Program-made: the position numbers and the translations under genes | Shown here: positions 51,857 to 62,300 of the stretch, piece by piece | Numbering within the stretch: the first letter of the stretch is position 1 | Layout: every line of letters starts with the position of its first letter | From: Planctomycetaceae bacterium | GTDB taxonomy: Bacteria; Planctomycetota; Planctomycetia; Planctomycetales; Planctomycetaceae | NCBI GenBank assembly: GCA_040382995.1 | Contig: JBEIEK010000001.1 | Coordinates: forward strand, 21,919-85,918 | Direction of reading: 5' to 3' | Length of the DNA: 64,000 nucleotides | Notes under the pieces: model-generated | The model's input: only the letters and a program-made list of their open reading frames with translations | The model's database searches: none | Told to the model about the DNA's origin: nothing

Positions 51857-52633
51857 TCAGCCAAACTCCGGCCGACGACGATCCAGTTGCTCTTTGAGAC
51901 GAGAGACGATGCTGGAATGCATCTGGCTGACACGGGACTCCGACAGCCCAAGCGTGCTGCCGATTTCCTTCATCGTTAGTTCTTCATAGTAATACAGGAT
52001 GATAATCAATCGCTCGTTGCGGTTCAGTCCCTTGGTCACAAGCTTCATCAGATCCGTTCGCTGAATGCCGTCCGTCGGATCTTCGCAGCGAACATCCTCT
52101 ACCACGTCCACTTCGCGGACGTCCTTGTAGCTGTCCGTCTCGTACCATTTCTTTTCGAGGCTCACCAGATTCACAGCGCTCGCCTCTGACCGCAAACGCT
52201 CGAACTCGTGGATCGAAAGACTCATCTGCTCCGCAATCTCAGCTTCTGTCGCCGGCCTGCCGACGCGAGCTTCCACAGCCTTACGGGCAGCCTCGACTTT
52301 GCTCGCCTTACTGCGCACCAGACGTGGAACCCAGTCCATTGTGCGCAGTTCATCGAGCATCGCGCCCCGGATTCGAGGCACGCAATACGTCTCGAACTTC
52401 ACTCCGCGATCCATGTCGAATGCCTCAATGGCATCCATCAGGCCGAACACTCCGGCCGACATCAGGTCATTCAGGTCAACGCCTTCCGGCAGTTTGGCCC
52501 AGACCCTTTCGGCGTTGTATCTGACCAGCGGCAGATACCGCTCCATGAGGCGGTTCCGCAGTTCCTGATTTGTCTGGTCCTTCTTGTAGGCAATCCAGAC
52601 GTCAGAAACGTCTTCACTGACCCTAGTAGCCAT
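51857..52633 (-). CDS. fliA: FliA/WhiG-family RNA polymerase sigma factor (sigma-28)
   Basis: Region 2 motif DLMSAGVFGLMDAIEAFD...FETYCVPRIRGAMLDELR. Region 4 HTH LTMKEIGSTLGLSESRVSQ. Confidence 0.85.
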   Translation of the reverse strand: MATRVSEDVSDVWIAYKKDQTNQELRNRLMERYLPLVRYNAERVWAKLPEGVDLNDLMSAGVFGLMDAIEAFDMDRGVKFETYCVPRIRGAMLDELRTMDWVPRLVRSKASKVEAARKAVEARVGRPATEAEIAEQMSLSIHEFERLRSEASAVNLVSLEKKWYETDSYKDVREVDVVEDVRCEDPTDGIQRTDLMKLVTKGLNRNERLIIILYYYEELTMKEIGSTLGLSESRVSQMHSSIVSRLKEQLDRRRPEFG

Positions 52634-52754
52634 TCAATCCTCCGTGACGAACAGCAGTTGCGTCTGCAGCGATATAACCGGTAACAGCGAATATCGGCAG
52701 AGTCGGCCCGTCGACATCAGCACAATCAGCACAAAGCTCAGAGTCACCGCGAAT

Positions 52755-53087
52755 TTACCGGCAGCTGGATTGCTGCCCTGCCAAACCCACAGGAATACGC
52801 TTCAAAATGTCCTGACTTTGCAGATGCCGCTGTGCGAGCACCGCAATGATGTTCGTTGCTTCCTTTGTTGCGTTGTGATGACGGTTCCGTCCTCTGACCG
52901 CTCTGAGTTCAAACATCGATACTCCGGCGAATTTCGCCGCAGCCCGCTTTCGATCCTCTGCTCCCAGTGCGGACAAGCCCCTGTATTCACGTTCTGATTC
53001 TCCAATAAAACGGAGCAGCAGACCGCAGATACCTGGCTCGAATGGAACCGGTGACGATGAAACTTCAAGCCCCTCCACAACAGCCAA
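52755..53087 (-). CDS. doubtful small ORF or possible gene remnant upstream of fliA
   Basis: TTG-start ORF of 110 aa. The same frame is stop-free for 170 codons (53264 to 52755) with no earlier ATG/GTG/TTG. No family recognised. Confidence 0.2.
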   Translation of the reverse strand: MAVVEGLEVSSSPVPFEPGICGLLLRFIGESEREYRGLSALGAEDRKRAAAKFAGVSMFELRAVRGRNRHHNATKEATNIIAVLAQRHLQSQDILKRIPVGLAGQQSSCR

Positions 53088-53406
53088 CCCGCTTCCTGAC
53101 GGGCCATCGCTGCTTCGGGACGGGCGGTTGATATCGAAGGCGCGTTTCCAAAGTCCAGATGGATGAAACGCAGAAATCTGATGATTCCATGGCTTCAGGA
53201 CGCGTTCGGCATTTTCAACCGAACCCGCTGCGATTGGTCGGCAGAAAACCCCACTCGCCCGGACTCATCGCTGCAGAACTCATCAGCAAATTGCAGTTTC
53301 TGCAGAAGTAACCAACGGAGTCCCCTGACCTGCAGCCTCTCACAGCGTCCCGTTCCGCCTCCCGGAGCTACACCCGTCGGAAGCAGGACACACGCTCCGC
53401 TCCACC

Positions 53407-53451
53407 AAAAAAAAGGCACTCCGGAAGAGTGAGAAGTTCTCCCGGAGTGCC
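53407..53451 (-). terminator. canonical intrinsic terminator (10-bp GC stem + U8) on the minus strand
   Basis: ggcactccgg (53415-53424) pairs with ccggagtgcc (53442-53451). A8 on the plus strand (53407-53414) gives U8 on the minus transcript. It lies 41 nt downstream of the 53492 stop. Confidence 0.75.
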
Positions 53452-53491
53452 AAAGCCCGACCCAACGTCGTTTTCAGTGTCAGCGTTCAAT

Positions 53492-53983
53492 TCACCGCGT
53501 TTCGTAGAACACCCCGTCCGTCCGCAGATGCAGGCCCGGCCGAACCACCTCCGGCGGCACGCCAAGAATCTCCAGACGAACCGTACCACCTCCCGCTACC
53601 TCACCATGCACTGAAACCAGCGAACGCAGCCCCCGTGCACCTGCCCCAGTGATGTCACCAGTCGATGCTACTGAGTACCACTCAAGCCGTGTCAGCTTCG
53701 AAAACATCGCCTGCAAACGCAGCAGGTCCAGACAAAAACTCACATGGTCCACCTGCCCGTCCCGAGGACCACCCACAATTTCTGTCGTCCCCAAATACAG
53801 GCTCACCAGCCAGCCGCGTTCGTCCAGCTGACAGTCGTAGCCCGCACGGCCCACGGATATCAGCGGTTCAAACAGCAGCGCAGCACCCTCTATGAACCGT
53901 CTCAACCATTCAGGACGGTAGTCCCGCTGTTCCCTGCGCAATCGATACTGCTCCATCTGCTCAAGCAGCTCTTCAATCGACAT
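53492..53983 (-). CDS. hypothetical protein
   Basis: ATG ORF of 163 aa, followed by the intrinsic terminator. Codon third positions are G/C-rich like neighbouring genes. No family recognised. Confidence 0.5.
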   Translation of the reverse strand: MSIEELLEQMEQYRLRREQRDYRPEWLRRFIEGAALLFEPLISVGRAGYDCQLDERGWLVSLYLGTTEIVGGPRDGQVDHVSFCLDLLRLQAMFSKLTRLEWYSVASTGDITGAGARGLRSLVSVHGEVAGGGTVRLEILGVPPEVVRPGLHLRTDGVFYETR

Positions 53984-54047
53984 CGGGTAACCCTGACAAA
54001 TGACCGGCAGGTCACAGCAACCGCATCCATGACTTCCAAACGCAGCC

Positions 54048-54275
54048 TCAGTCTGCGGCAGCCAGTTCCCGACTGCAGACAGCCGAAATATCGAAAGATA
54101 ACTTCCACTGGCTGAGCACTTTTTTGCTCATCAGCCAGGGAACCACAGGCGGCAGTCCTGTCCTTCCATCCACGACCTGCAACGCCTGTTGAAACTGTTT
54201 ATCCATTCGTGCCGAATGCTCCGACTCTGCAGATGGTTCACACACAACCGTCGCCAACTGCTCCAATTCCGCCAC
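54048..54275 (-). CDS. possible small protein between hemB and the 163-aa ORF
   Basis: GTG-start ORF of 75 aa that fills the gap in a same-strand gene string. No family recognised. Confidence 0.25.
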   Translation of the reverse strand: MAELEQLATVVCEPSAESEHSARMDKQFQQALQVVDGRTGLPPVVPWLMSKKVLSQWKLSFDISAVCSRELAAAD

Positions 54276-54290
54276 TCCGTCCGAAAAACG

Positions 54291-55313
<1,023 letters not shown>

Positions 55314-55349
55314 TCAACACCCAACAAATATGTCACGCACAAAATACCT

Positions 55350-56024
55350 TCAGACACCACTCAGACGACGGATTCGCACCCCGCGGTAATGCGCCTCACC
55401 CGGACCGCCTCCGTGAATCTGCAGTGCCAGCAACCCCCGCTGCTCAATCGCCACATCCTCCTCCAGATAGTTCACCGTCTGATAATCGTTGATCCAAAGC
55501 TGGATCCGACGACCCTCACAATGTATCCGGTAGCGATTCCAGTCGTTCAGCCTGAGCACCTTCGCGAGCTCAGCCTTGTCAGGCGATGCAAGAATCCGAT
55601 TCCGCCGCGATTCATCGTAGAGTGCCCCCCAGTAGTTCTGGCCGAGATCCGCCTGATAGCCAATCATCTCATGATGATTCGGGATCCGGCGACTGCGTAA
55701 CTGAATTCCTGCATTCGTTGATTCTCCCAGCAGTCGAAACTCCAGCTGCAGCTCGAAATCACCATACTCATGCTGAGAAGACAGAAAGAAATTGTGCGGT
55801 ATCCTGTCGGTCAGCCGACCACCCACAATCGCTCCACCCTCCACCCGAAACCACGCAGCATCACCCTCCCAGCCCCGCAGTGACTTGCCGTCAAAAAGAT
55901 CCTGCCAGCCATCCGCAGCAGGCTGCTTTTCGTCCGCTGCCCGCAACAGCCCGGCACCCGCTGATAACACCGCACCGCACAGCACACCCCGACGACTCAA
56001 TATCCCCGGAACGTCGTTCAACAT
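55350..56024 (-). CDS. DUF1080 (3-keto-disaccharide hydrolase-like) secreted protein
   Basis: Start trimmed to ATG 56024. WQDLFDGKSLRGWEG..., NAGIQLRS and LALQIHGG...YRGVRIRRL are typical of DUF1080. Confidence 0.85.
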   Translation of the reverse strand: MLNDVPGILSRRGVLCGAVLSAGAGLLRAADEKQPAADGWQDLFDGKSLRGWEGDAAWFRVEGGAIVGGRLTDRIPHNFFLSSQHEYGDFELQLEFRLLGESTNAGIQLRSRRIPNHHEMIGYQADLGQNYWGALYDESRRNRILASPDKAELAKVLRLNDWNRYRIHCEGRRIQLWINDYQTVNYLEEDVAIEQRGLLALQIHGGGPGEAHYRGVRIRRLSGV

Positions 56025-56263
56025 CTGAATGCTCCCTGAAAATCTGCCTGCAGCTGCACTCCGGTCACAAACCACTGCATAATACCGATTCCGGAAACGG
56101 GAACAACAAACCGCTGCCGACAGCGCACTGCCGGGTGACAGACCAATCCCATCAACCGTCCTCGCATGAAGCTTCGACTGTGCGTACGAACACGTAATCG
56201 GGCAAAATCAAGAAAATTCCGCAGCGATTTTCAGGGCACCTGCAGTGGCGGATTTACCGTTGC

Positions 56264-58033
56264 CTAAATGTTGATGCTCTGCGGAATGCTCGCAGGAAGC
56301 AGCGTTCTGTACGGACGCTTCCGCGCAGCGTTCCGGTTTGCAATCTGAACCCCGACATCCGCCAGTCGCCGCTGGAATTGCCGCAGCGGCTCCTGAACCC
56401 GCGGATCCACAAAATGACCGGTCGCATATTGTCCCAACTGCGTGTAGTGCACACTCCCCAGCAGATCGCAGACCTCAAGCTGCAACTCCGCCATGTCCAG
56501 CGTCGGCAGCATGGCCAGATAATCCGCTTCTGTCGCCCCCTGCGTTGACCTGGGGGCCGATCCATACAACGCCAGCGGCATCGCGGGGCACCACGTCATG
56601 TAGTCGGCCTGAGGAAAATTTACGGCAGCATGCTGCACACTGCAGGTGTAAAGCACAAAAGTGAGCGTCTCCACCACATCATCCACAACCTGAAACGCAC
56701 CGCCGTTCGGGAGTCCCTGCAGGCGACCACCGTCCTGAGCTGCCAGCTCGCGGCCCCACGCCTGCAACTCCGTGTCCTCAAGCACATCTGCCGCCCCTTC
56801 ATAATACAGCCTCACATACAACTCAACCCATTCCCGAATCGCGTCCCAGTACAGCCGCGAATCATCCCGATATGGGTAGTCAGGCAACGTTTCCCGATCA
56901 TCCACACCCCGCCTCCTGAACGTCAGTGGCAGTCTGTCATTCATCACATGCAGTGCCCGCAGGCCCTGCACGGCAAGATTTCGTGATGTGCCGATCGTCC
57001 CCGCCAGCAGTCGATCCACCGCGCCACCGTCCGACACCAGATGCTTCCATGCGGAATCGTTGATTGCCAGCGTCCCCTCGAAGTGCGGCTGCAGCAGAAT
57101 TCGCAGTGGGTGATCAGTCGCCAGCTGTCGAAAGGTGGCCATAATGAAGGCCTCCATGGCGAGGTGCGTGCGGGCTAGGTGAGTCGAGCCTTCGTGAAGA
57201 TTGCCGTCGGCTGATTCCACAATGGCCTTGGCAATCAGCCAGTTTTGGCCGTTCCGGGGCGTCAGCAGCGGATTGTCAACCGCAGGTATCTGCCTGCACT
57301 GAATGGCCACCGGTCGCAATTCCCGCCCCGGAACACTGCTCACAAACAACGCCAGCGGAGCGAACAGTCGCTTGCGCCCCCCTGGTCCAACGCCCGTTTC
57401 CGCACCGTCCAGAACCGCGTAATCCGCGAGGTAAAGGCGTCCCTCAGCGAGCGCCGCTGCAAATGAATCTCCAGGCACCACCTCCCTGAAGAGCTCTTCA
57501 GTCATCGGCAAACGCAGGTCCGGTTCACGCAGCCGCTGCAGCATTATCGGATTCGGGCCAGCTGTTCGCATCGACGCAAAGACCGCATCACTGCGATACT
57601 CCCGCGCAACAGGAGGCAGTCCATAAGCTCTGAATATGTTCTCAAACTCCTCCATCGACGCAGCCGATCGCTGCGGTGCCGTGCGACGCCCCTCAAATCG
57701 CAATGCCTCATGCACCCGCAGACGAATCTCACCGACCGCGTCAAGCCCCCGCCGCAGCAATCCGGTCAGGACACCATGCTGTCGATTGTGCTGCTCCAAC
57801 AACTCCTGATCCCCGTCCAGCTCGCACCGGTTGCGAATTCCGGCCAACACACGCTCGGTAACCAGTTCCAGCCAGCCGAAGGAGAATTCGTCGTGGATCG
57901 GCAGATGATCCAGCATGGCTGCCCCTGGGATGTGCGTGTAGTTGTATTCATACACCTTCCGCTGCAGCTTCAATTCCAGCGTTCTTGCTGCTCGACGCAA
58001 TGAGGACGCGTGCTGGGGAAGAAAAGCCGTCAT
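56264..58033 (-). CDS. lipoxygenase (no PLAT domain, no signal peptide)
   Basis: NWLIAKAIVESADGNLHEGSTHLARTHL contains the His-x4-His iron ligands. VQHAAVNFPQ supplies the His and Asn ligands. C-terminal ...IPQSINI ends in Ile. Confidence 0.85.
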   Translation of the reverse strand: MTAFLPQHASSLRRAARTLELKLQRKVYEYNYTHIPGAAMLDHLPIHDEFSFGWLELVTERVLAGIRNRCELDGDQELLEQHNRQHGVLTGLLRRGLDAVGEIRLRVHEALRFEGRRTAPQRSAASMEEFENIFRAYGLPPVAREYRSDAVFASMRTAGPNPIMLQRLREPDLRLPMTEELFREVVPGDSFAAALAEGRLYLADYAVLDGAETGVGPGGRKRLFAPLALFVSSVPGRELRPVAIQCRQIPAVDNPLLTPRNGQNWLIAKAIVESADGNLHEGSTHLARTHLAMEAFIMATFRQLATDHPLRILLQPHFEGTLAINDSAWKHLVSDGGAVDRLLAGTIGTSRNLAVQGLRALHVMNDRLPLTFRRRGVDDRETLPDYPYRDDSRLYWDAIREWVELYVRLYYEGAADVLEDTELQAWGRELAAQDGGRLQGLPNGGAFQVVDDVVETLTFVLYTCSVQHAAVNFPQADYMTWCPAMPLALYGSAPRSTQGATEADYLAMLPTLDMAELQLEVCDLLGSVHYTQLGQYATGHFVDPRVQEPLRQFQRRLADVGVQIANRNAARKRPYRTLLPASIPQSINI

Positions 58034-58056
58034 TGGTCCTGCCTTTTGTCAAGTGA

Positions 58057-59319
58057 CTAAAAATCTGAGGGCAGCGGATGCTGCCATCGCAACACACGAC
58101 GAACGCCCCGCAAATGCCGACTCACCGGATACACCCAATACCGCGCACAGGCCAGCGAACGATAATCAACCGGCGAATAACACGCGGTCAGTCCCAGCGA
58201 TGGTGGCTGATGGCCAAGCCAGAATCCCATGCGGTCGGTGACGGCATCCGGCAGAGTCGCTGTGATGGACACGTCTGCCAGATCCAGCCATGGCCACCGC
58301 CCCGAATCCCACACCCGCGCACTGTTGAAGAACTGCCATGTGTCACTGTCCTCATCAAATTCCCGCAATTGTATCTGCAGCAGATAATTCACCGGCCCTG
58401 ACAGCAGCCGACGCCCGTACTCCTCCGCCAGATACTCCCGCGGACCGTCGTCACCCGCCTCGCGACTCTGAACCCAGGGCTGCAACTGCTGAGCTGGTGA
58501 GAGCAACCCGGATTCCCGCGCCAGACCACGTGGCACCAAACGGTATTTCGCCCAAAGCTGCCGCCCCTCCGCAGTACGAAATGGATAGACAATCGATGTG
58601 TGATACAGCATCTCCGCCCATGAAGATGGACGCGATCGTGCCGATTCAATAATCCCCACAAAACAACCAGGCCACTGCCGCAGCCACTCCCGCTGTGCCT
58701 CCCAGGAGTGTTCACGGGAGTGCACTCGGCCGTTCACAAACGCCATGAAACTGCGAAAATTCCAAAACGCCTGAATCACTCCCGTGTTCATCACAAGATC
58801 CAGCGGACTTGCAAAATCACTGTCGGCAAACTTCAGCGAACAGGCGCGAACCTGACTGGATGCGTCGTCATAGAACGAAGCATTCGCGTGCCGCATCCGA
58901 CACGCAAACTCCCGCCCCGCCTGAAAAAACTCATGACGCGGGAACTCCGGATTACTCACCACCCGAATCACACCCTTCAGTCCCAGCCCACGCATGTGAG
59001 TCGCCCGGCGACCCGTCATCAGAGCCTTCAGACCAAACATCAGCTTCGCCTTCCCCAGCAATACCCGCTGACGAAAACGCTCCGAAAATCCGTCCTCCGG
59101 CATCGGGAACGGCATATCACGACGCACATTCGCCGCATACTGCTCGAGGCCGTAGACCTCTCGGTATGCCTTCGTTCCCAAATTGATCCAGTCACCACGG
59201 GTCGGGTGCGGGTCCAGCGGCGCCTCTATCGGTACGTATTCCGCCTCCGCACATCGCACTCGCTGATCAACAAAGACCCCGACCATGCTCCCACTCCTGA
59301 TCTGCCCGCCATGAATCAA
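58057..59319 (-). CDS. catalase-related haemoprotein, allene-oxide-synthase-like
   Basis: RRATHMRG has Thr-His where catalases have Val-His. FPRHEFFQAGREFACRMRHAN, KFADSD, LVMNTG and GPVNYLLQIQ are present. Candidate proximal ligand in ARYWVY (Arg at -4 from Tyr). TTG 59319 overlaps the upstream stop by 4 nt. Alternative ATG at 59286. Confidence 0.7.
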   Translation of the reverse strand: MIHGGQIRSGSMVGVFVDQRVRCAEAEYVPIEAPLDPHPTRGDWINLGTKAYREVYGLEQYAANVRRDMPFPMPEDGFSERFRQRVLLGKAKLMFGLKALMTGRRATHMRGLGLKGVIRVVSNPEFPRHEFFQAGREFACRMRHANASFYDDASSQVRACSLKFADSDFASPLDLVMNTGVIQAFWNFRSFMAFVNGRVHSREHSWEAQREWLRQWPGCFVGIIESARSRPSSWAEMLYHTSIVYPFRTAEGRQLWAKYRLVPRGLARESGLLSPAQQLQPWVQSREAGDDGPREYLAEEYGRRLLSGPVNYLLQIQLREFDEDSDTWQFFNSARVWDSGRWPWLDLADVSITATLPDAVTDRMGFWLGHQPPSLGLTACYSPVDYRSLACARYWVYPVSRHLRGVRRVLRWQHPLPSDF

Positions 59320-62300
59320 AACAAACGCTGCACCTCACGAATTCGCTCCAGCCAGACAACAGCCCCCTGACTGTCGGCCGTTGCCAGAGCCGCCTCCAGC
59401 GATCGCTGTGCCTTTTCCCGCCGGCCCATCCGCAGATGCAACAGCGATTCCAGTCGCTGCAGTTCCGCCAGACAGAAGCGTTCACCCGTACGCTCCGCGT
59501 GAGCCAGTCCCTGCTGCAGCGGGCCGGAAGCCTCGTTGAATCGCTCGAGCCGATACAGAGCCTCGGCAGTGAGCAGATACATCTTCGATAGAAAAACTCC
59601 ACTGCCTGCGGCAAGATGCGCCTGAACTGCTGCCTGAATGGTCCCCACAAATCCTTCAAGATCCTTTGCGGTGGCTGCAGGGTTGAGCAGTGCGGCGGCG
59701 GACACATTGAATTCCTGCGTTACCGCATAAAAGTAAAAGGACATCTCCCTGCATAACCGCAGACCCTCCTCCGACAATTCCCGCAACTCGTCCTCCAAAC
59801 CCGCCCACAACCGCAGCCATGCTCCGTGATACAACGCCATCGCCAGACTGAATGGGTCCCGATGCTCCCGTGACAGAGCCACCGCATCACGCGAATGCGG
59901 CAATGCCTCGTCCAGCCGCCCAAGACAGTACAAACTCAACGCCAAATAGGCGCGCTCACACGTCGCCGCACTCTGACCCGCCACCGCCGCAAACGGTCTC
60001 CAGCAATCCGGATGCGCATCGTGAATCCGAATTCCCTCCCGAGCATACTCGGCCGCTTCCGCGAATCGACCCAGATAAAAGAGTGTGCAGGTCATCGCCC
60101 AGCATGCTTCACCCCGCAGACCCGGGTCCCCAAGCTCTTCTCCCAGACGCACCTGATTTTCCGCCAGCCTCAGAGCCTCCGCGTACTCGGCTCGCACCAG
60201 CGTCCAACCCCACATCCCGGCCAAAACCAAACCCAGCTCCTCGCGACGGCCCAACGACTCACAGATGCTCCTCGCCCGTGCAAACACCAAACCCGGCTCC
60301 GCTGCCCCATAACCCTTTGCCTGGACCAGCACCCCGCCAAGCGGCAGTTGATACGACAACTCCAGCTCGTCCCGACGCGACGATTCCGGAAGCAACCGCA
60401 CCAAATGCAGACCGCGGTCAAACTGCTCAATCGCCTCCGGTACCGCACACGTCGCCGCAGAATGTCGCCCCGCCCGCAGCCAATACTCAATCGCTCGCTC
60501 GATGTTGCCAGCTTCCGTAAAGTGTTGAGCCAGCAGGGCGGGCTGAGCTGCCGTGATTTCCGGGAATTCCGCTTCAAGCACCTGCGCGATCCGCAGGTGA
60601 CAAGCCTGCCGACGGCGACTTAGCATGGCCCCGTGAGCAGCATCCTGCAGTAACGCATGCTTGAAAATGAAGGCCGACTCAGTGCCCCGCCCCTTCTGAA
60701 ACAGAATCTCCGCCTGCACCAGCTTCTCCAGCTCCCGACGCAACTGCTCGTCCGGAAGTCCACAGGCCACCGCCAGAAGCCGATACGAAAACTCACGGCC
60801 AATCGTCGCCGCCAGCTGAATCACCTCCTGATTCGCCTCCATGCGATCCAGCCGGGACAGCAACAGGTCATTCAGCGTCGCCGGGATCAGCCGCGGCAAC
60901 GAAGCCACAATACGCGACGCCTCGCTCTGATCCAGCAGTCCTGACTCCACAACACTATTGGAAAACTCCTCGATAAACAGCGGTATCCCGTCAGTTCGGT
61001 CCACAATCTGCTCAATCACCGCCTCGGGTATCTCGGTCCGTCGTGTGCACTTCCGCATCATCTGCCCGATCTGACGCTTCGTCAGTCGATTCAAAGCCAC
61101 CGCTGTCTGGTGCGGCTTGCTCTTCCACGAAGTTTCAAACTCCGGGCGGAAGGTGAGCACTGTCAGGGAACGGTCGCACTCGAAGAGCTCCACATGCCGC
61201 TCCACAAGTGCCAGTGTGGAAGGATCAATCCAGTGCAGGTCCTCCACAATAAACAAAACCGGACTCCGCTGCACCAGACGCCGCAGCCACGTCAGCAGCA
61301 GCTCTTCCGTCTGCTCCTTGATTCGCTGCGGCGGAAGCGACAGCGGCGGGAAGCGATCATCCACCGGAACACCCATCACGCGACAGAAAAGCCAAACGCT
61401 GGCTGCCGAATCAAGCCCCAGCGGCCGGAGATACTGCAGCACCCGCTCCAGCCGCTCAGCGGCCGACACATGCTCCAGCTGCAGCAGGCGTCCAAGATAC
61501 TCGGCCAGGGGGAACCACGCCGCATTCTGATGATACTGCGAACATCGCAGCTCAATCACCGAAGCGTGGTCCTCACCGCCCGACCGCACGTGCTCACGCA
61601 GCTCACGAATCAGACGTGATTTTCCAAGTCCCGCGTCCCCGATGAGCAGCACAATCTGACCAAGACCCTCCAGCGATTGCTCCCAGCGGTCCCGCAGAAC
61701 TCCCAGCTCCGTGTCACGCCCGATGAGCGGCGTCAGATTGCCCGGATCCACCAGCTCCACGCGATTTCGTGACCCGGCCTCCCGCAGCACTTCGTACAGC
61801 TCGAGCGGCTGAACAGCTCCACGGAGCCGCTGACTGCCAAGTGAACGACACTCGAAGTACAAGCCCACTCGCTGATGCACAGGAGCCGTGAGAGTGATCG
61901 TGCCGGGAACCGCCACAGCACTCAGACGCGAAGCCAGATTCACCGCGTCGCCTGAGATCGAAATCGTCGTGCCCGACTCTGTAACCGCTGCCTCCACAAC
62001 CGCTTCACCAAAATGAATGGTGATCAAACTCTGCGCGGTGTCGGGGCGGTACTCGCCGGATTCCAACGCCTTTCTCACGTCACCACCATGGCTGCCCTCC
62101 AGATCCCGTCGCACTGCCAGTGCCGCCCGAACCGCACGCTGCGGCGCATCCTCCCACGCACGCGGATAGCCAAAACACACCGTGACATCTTCACCCACAG
62201 CCGACAAAAGCGTTCCTCCATGCTCCTGTACGTGGCGATTAACCAACGCCATGAAGCCACGGCGACAGGCATGCAGCAGTTCCGTGTGGCGCTGACCGGC

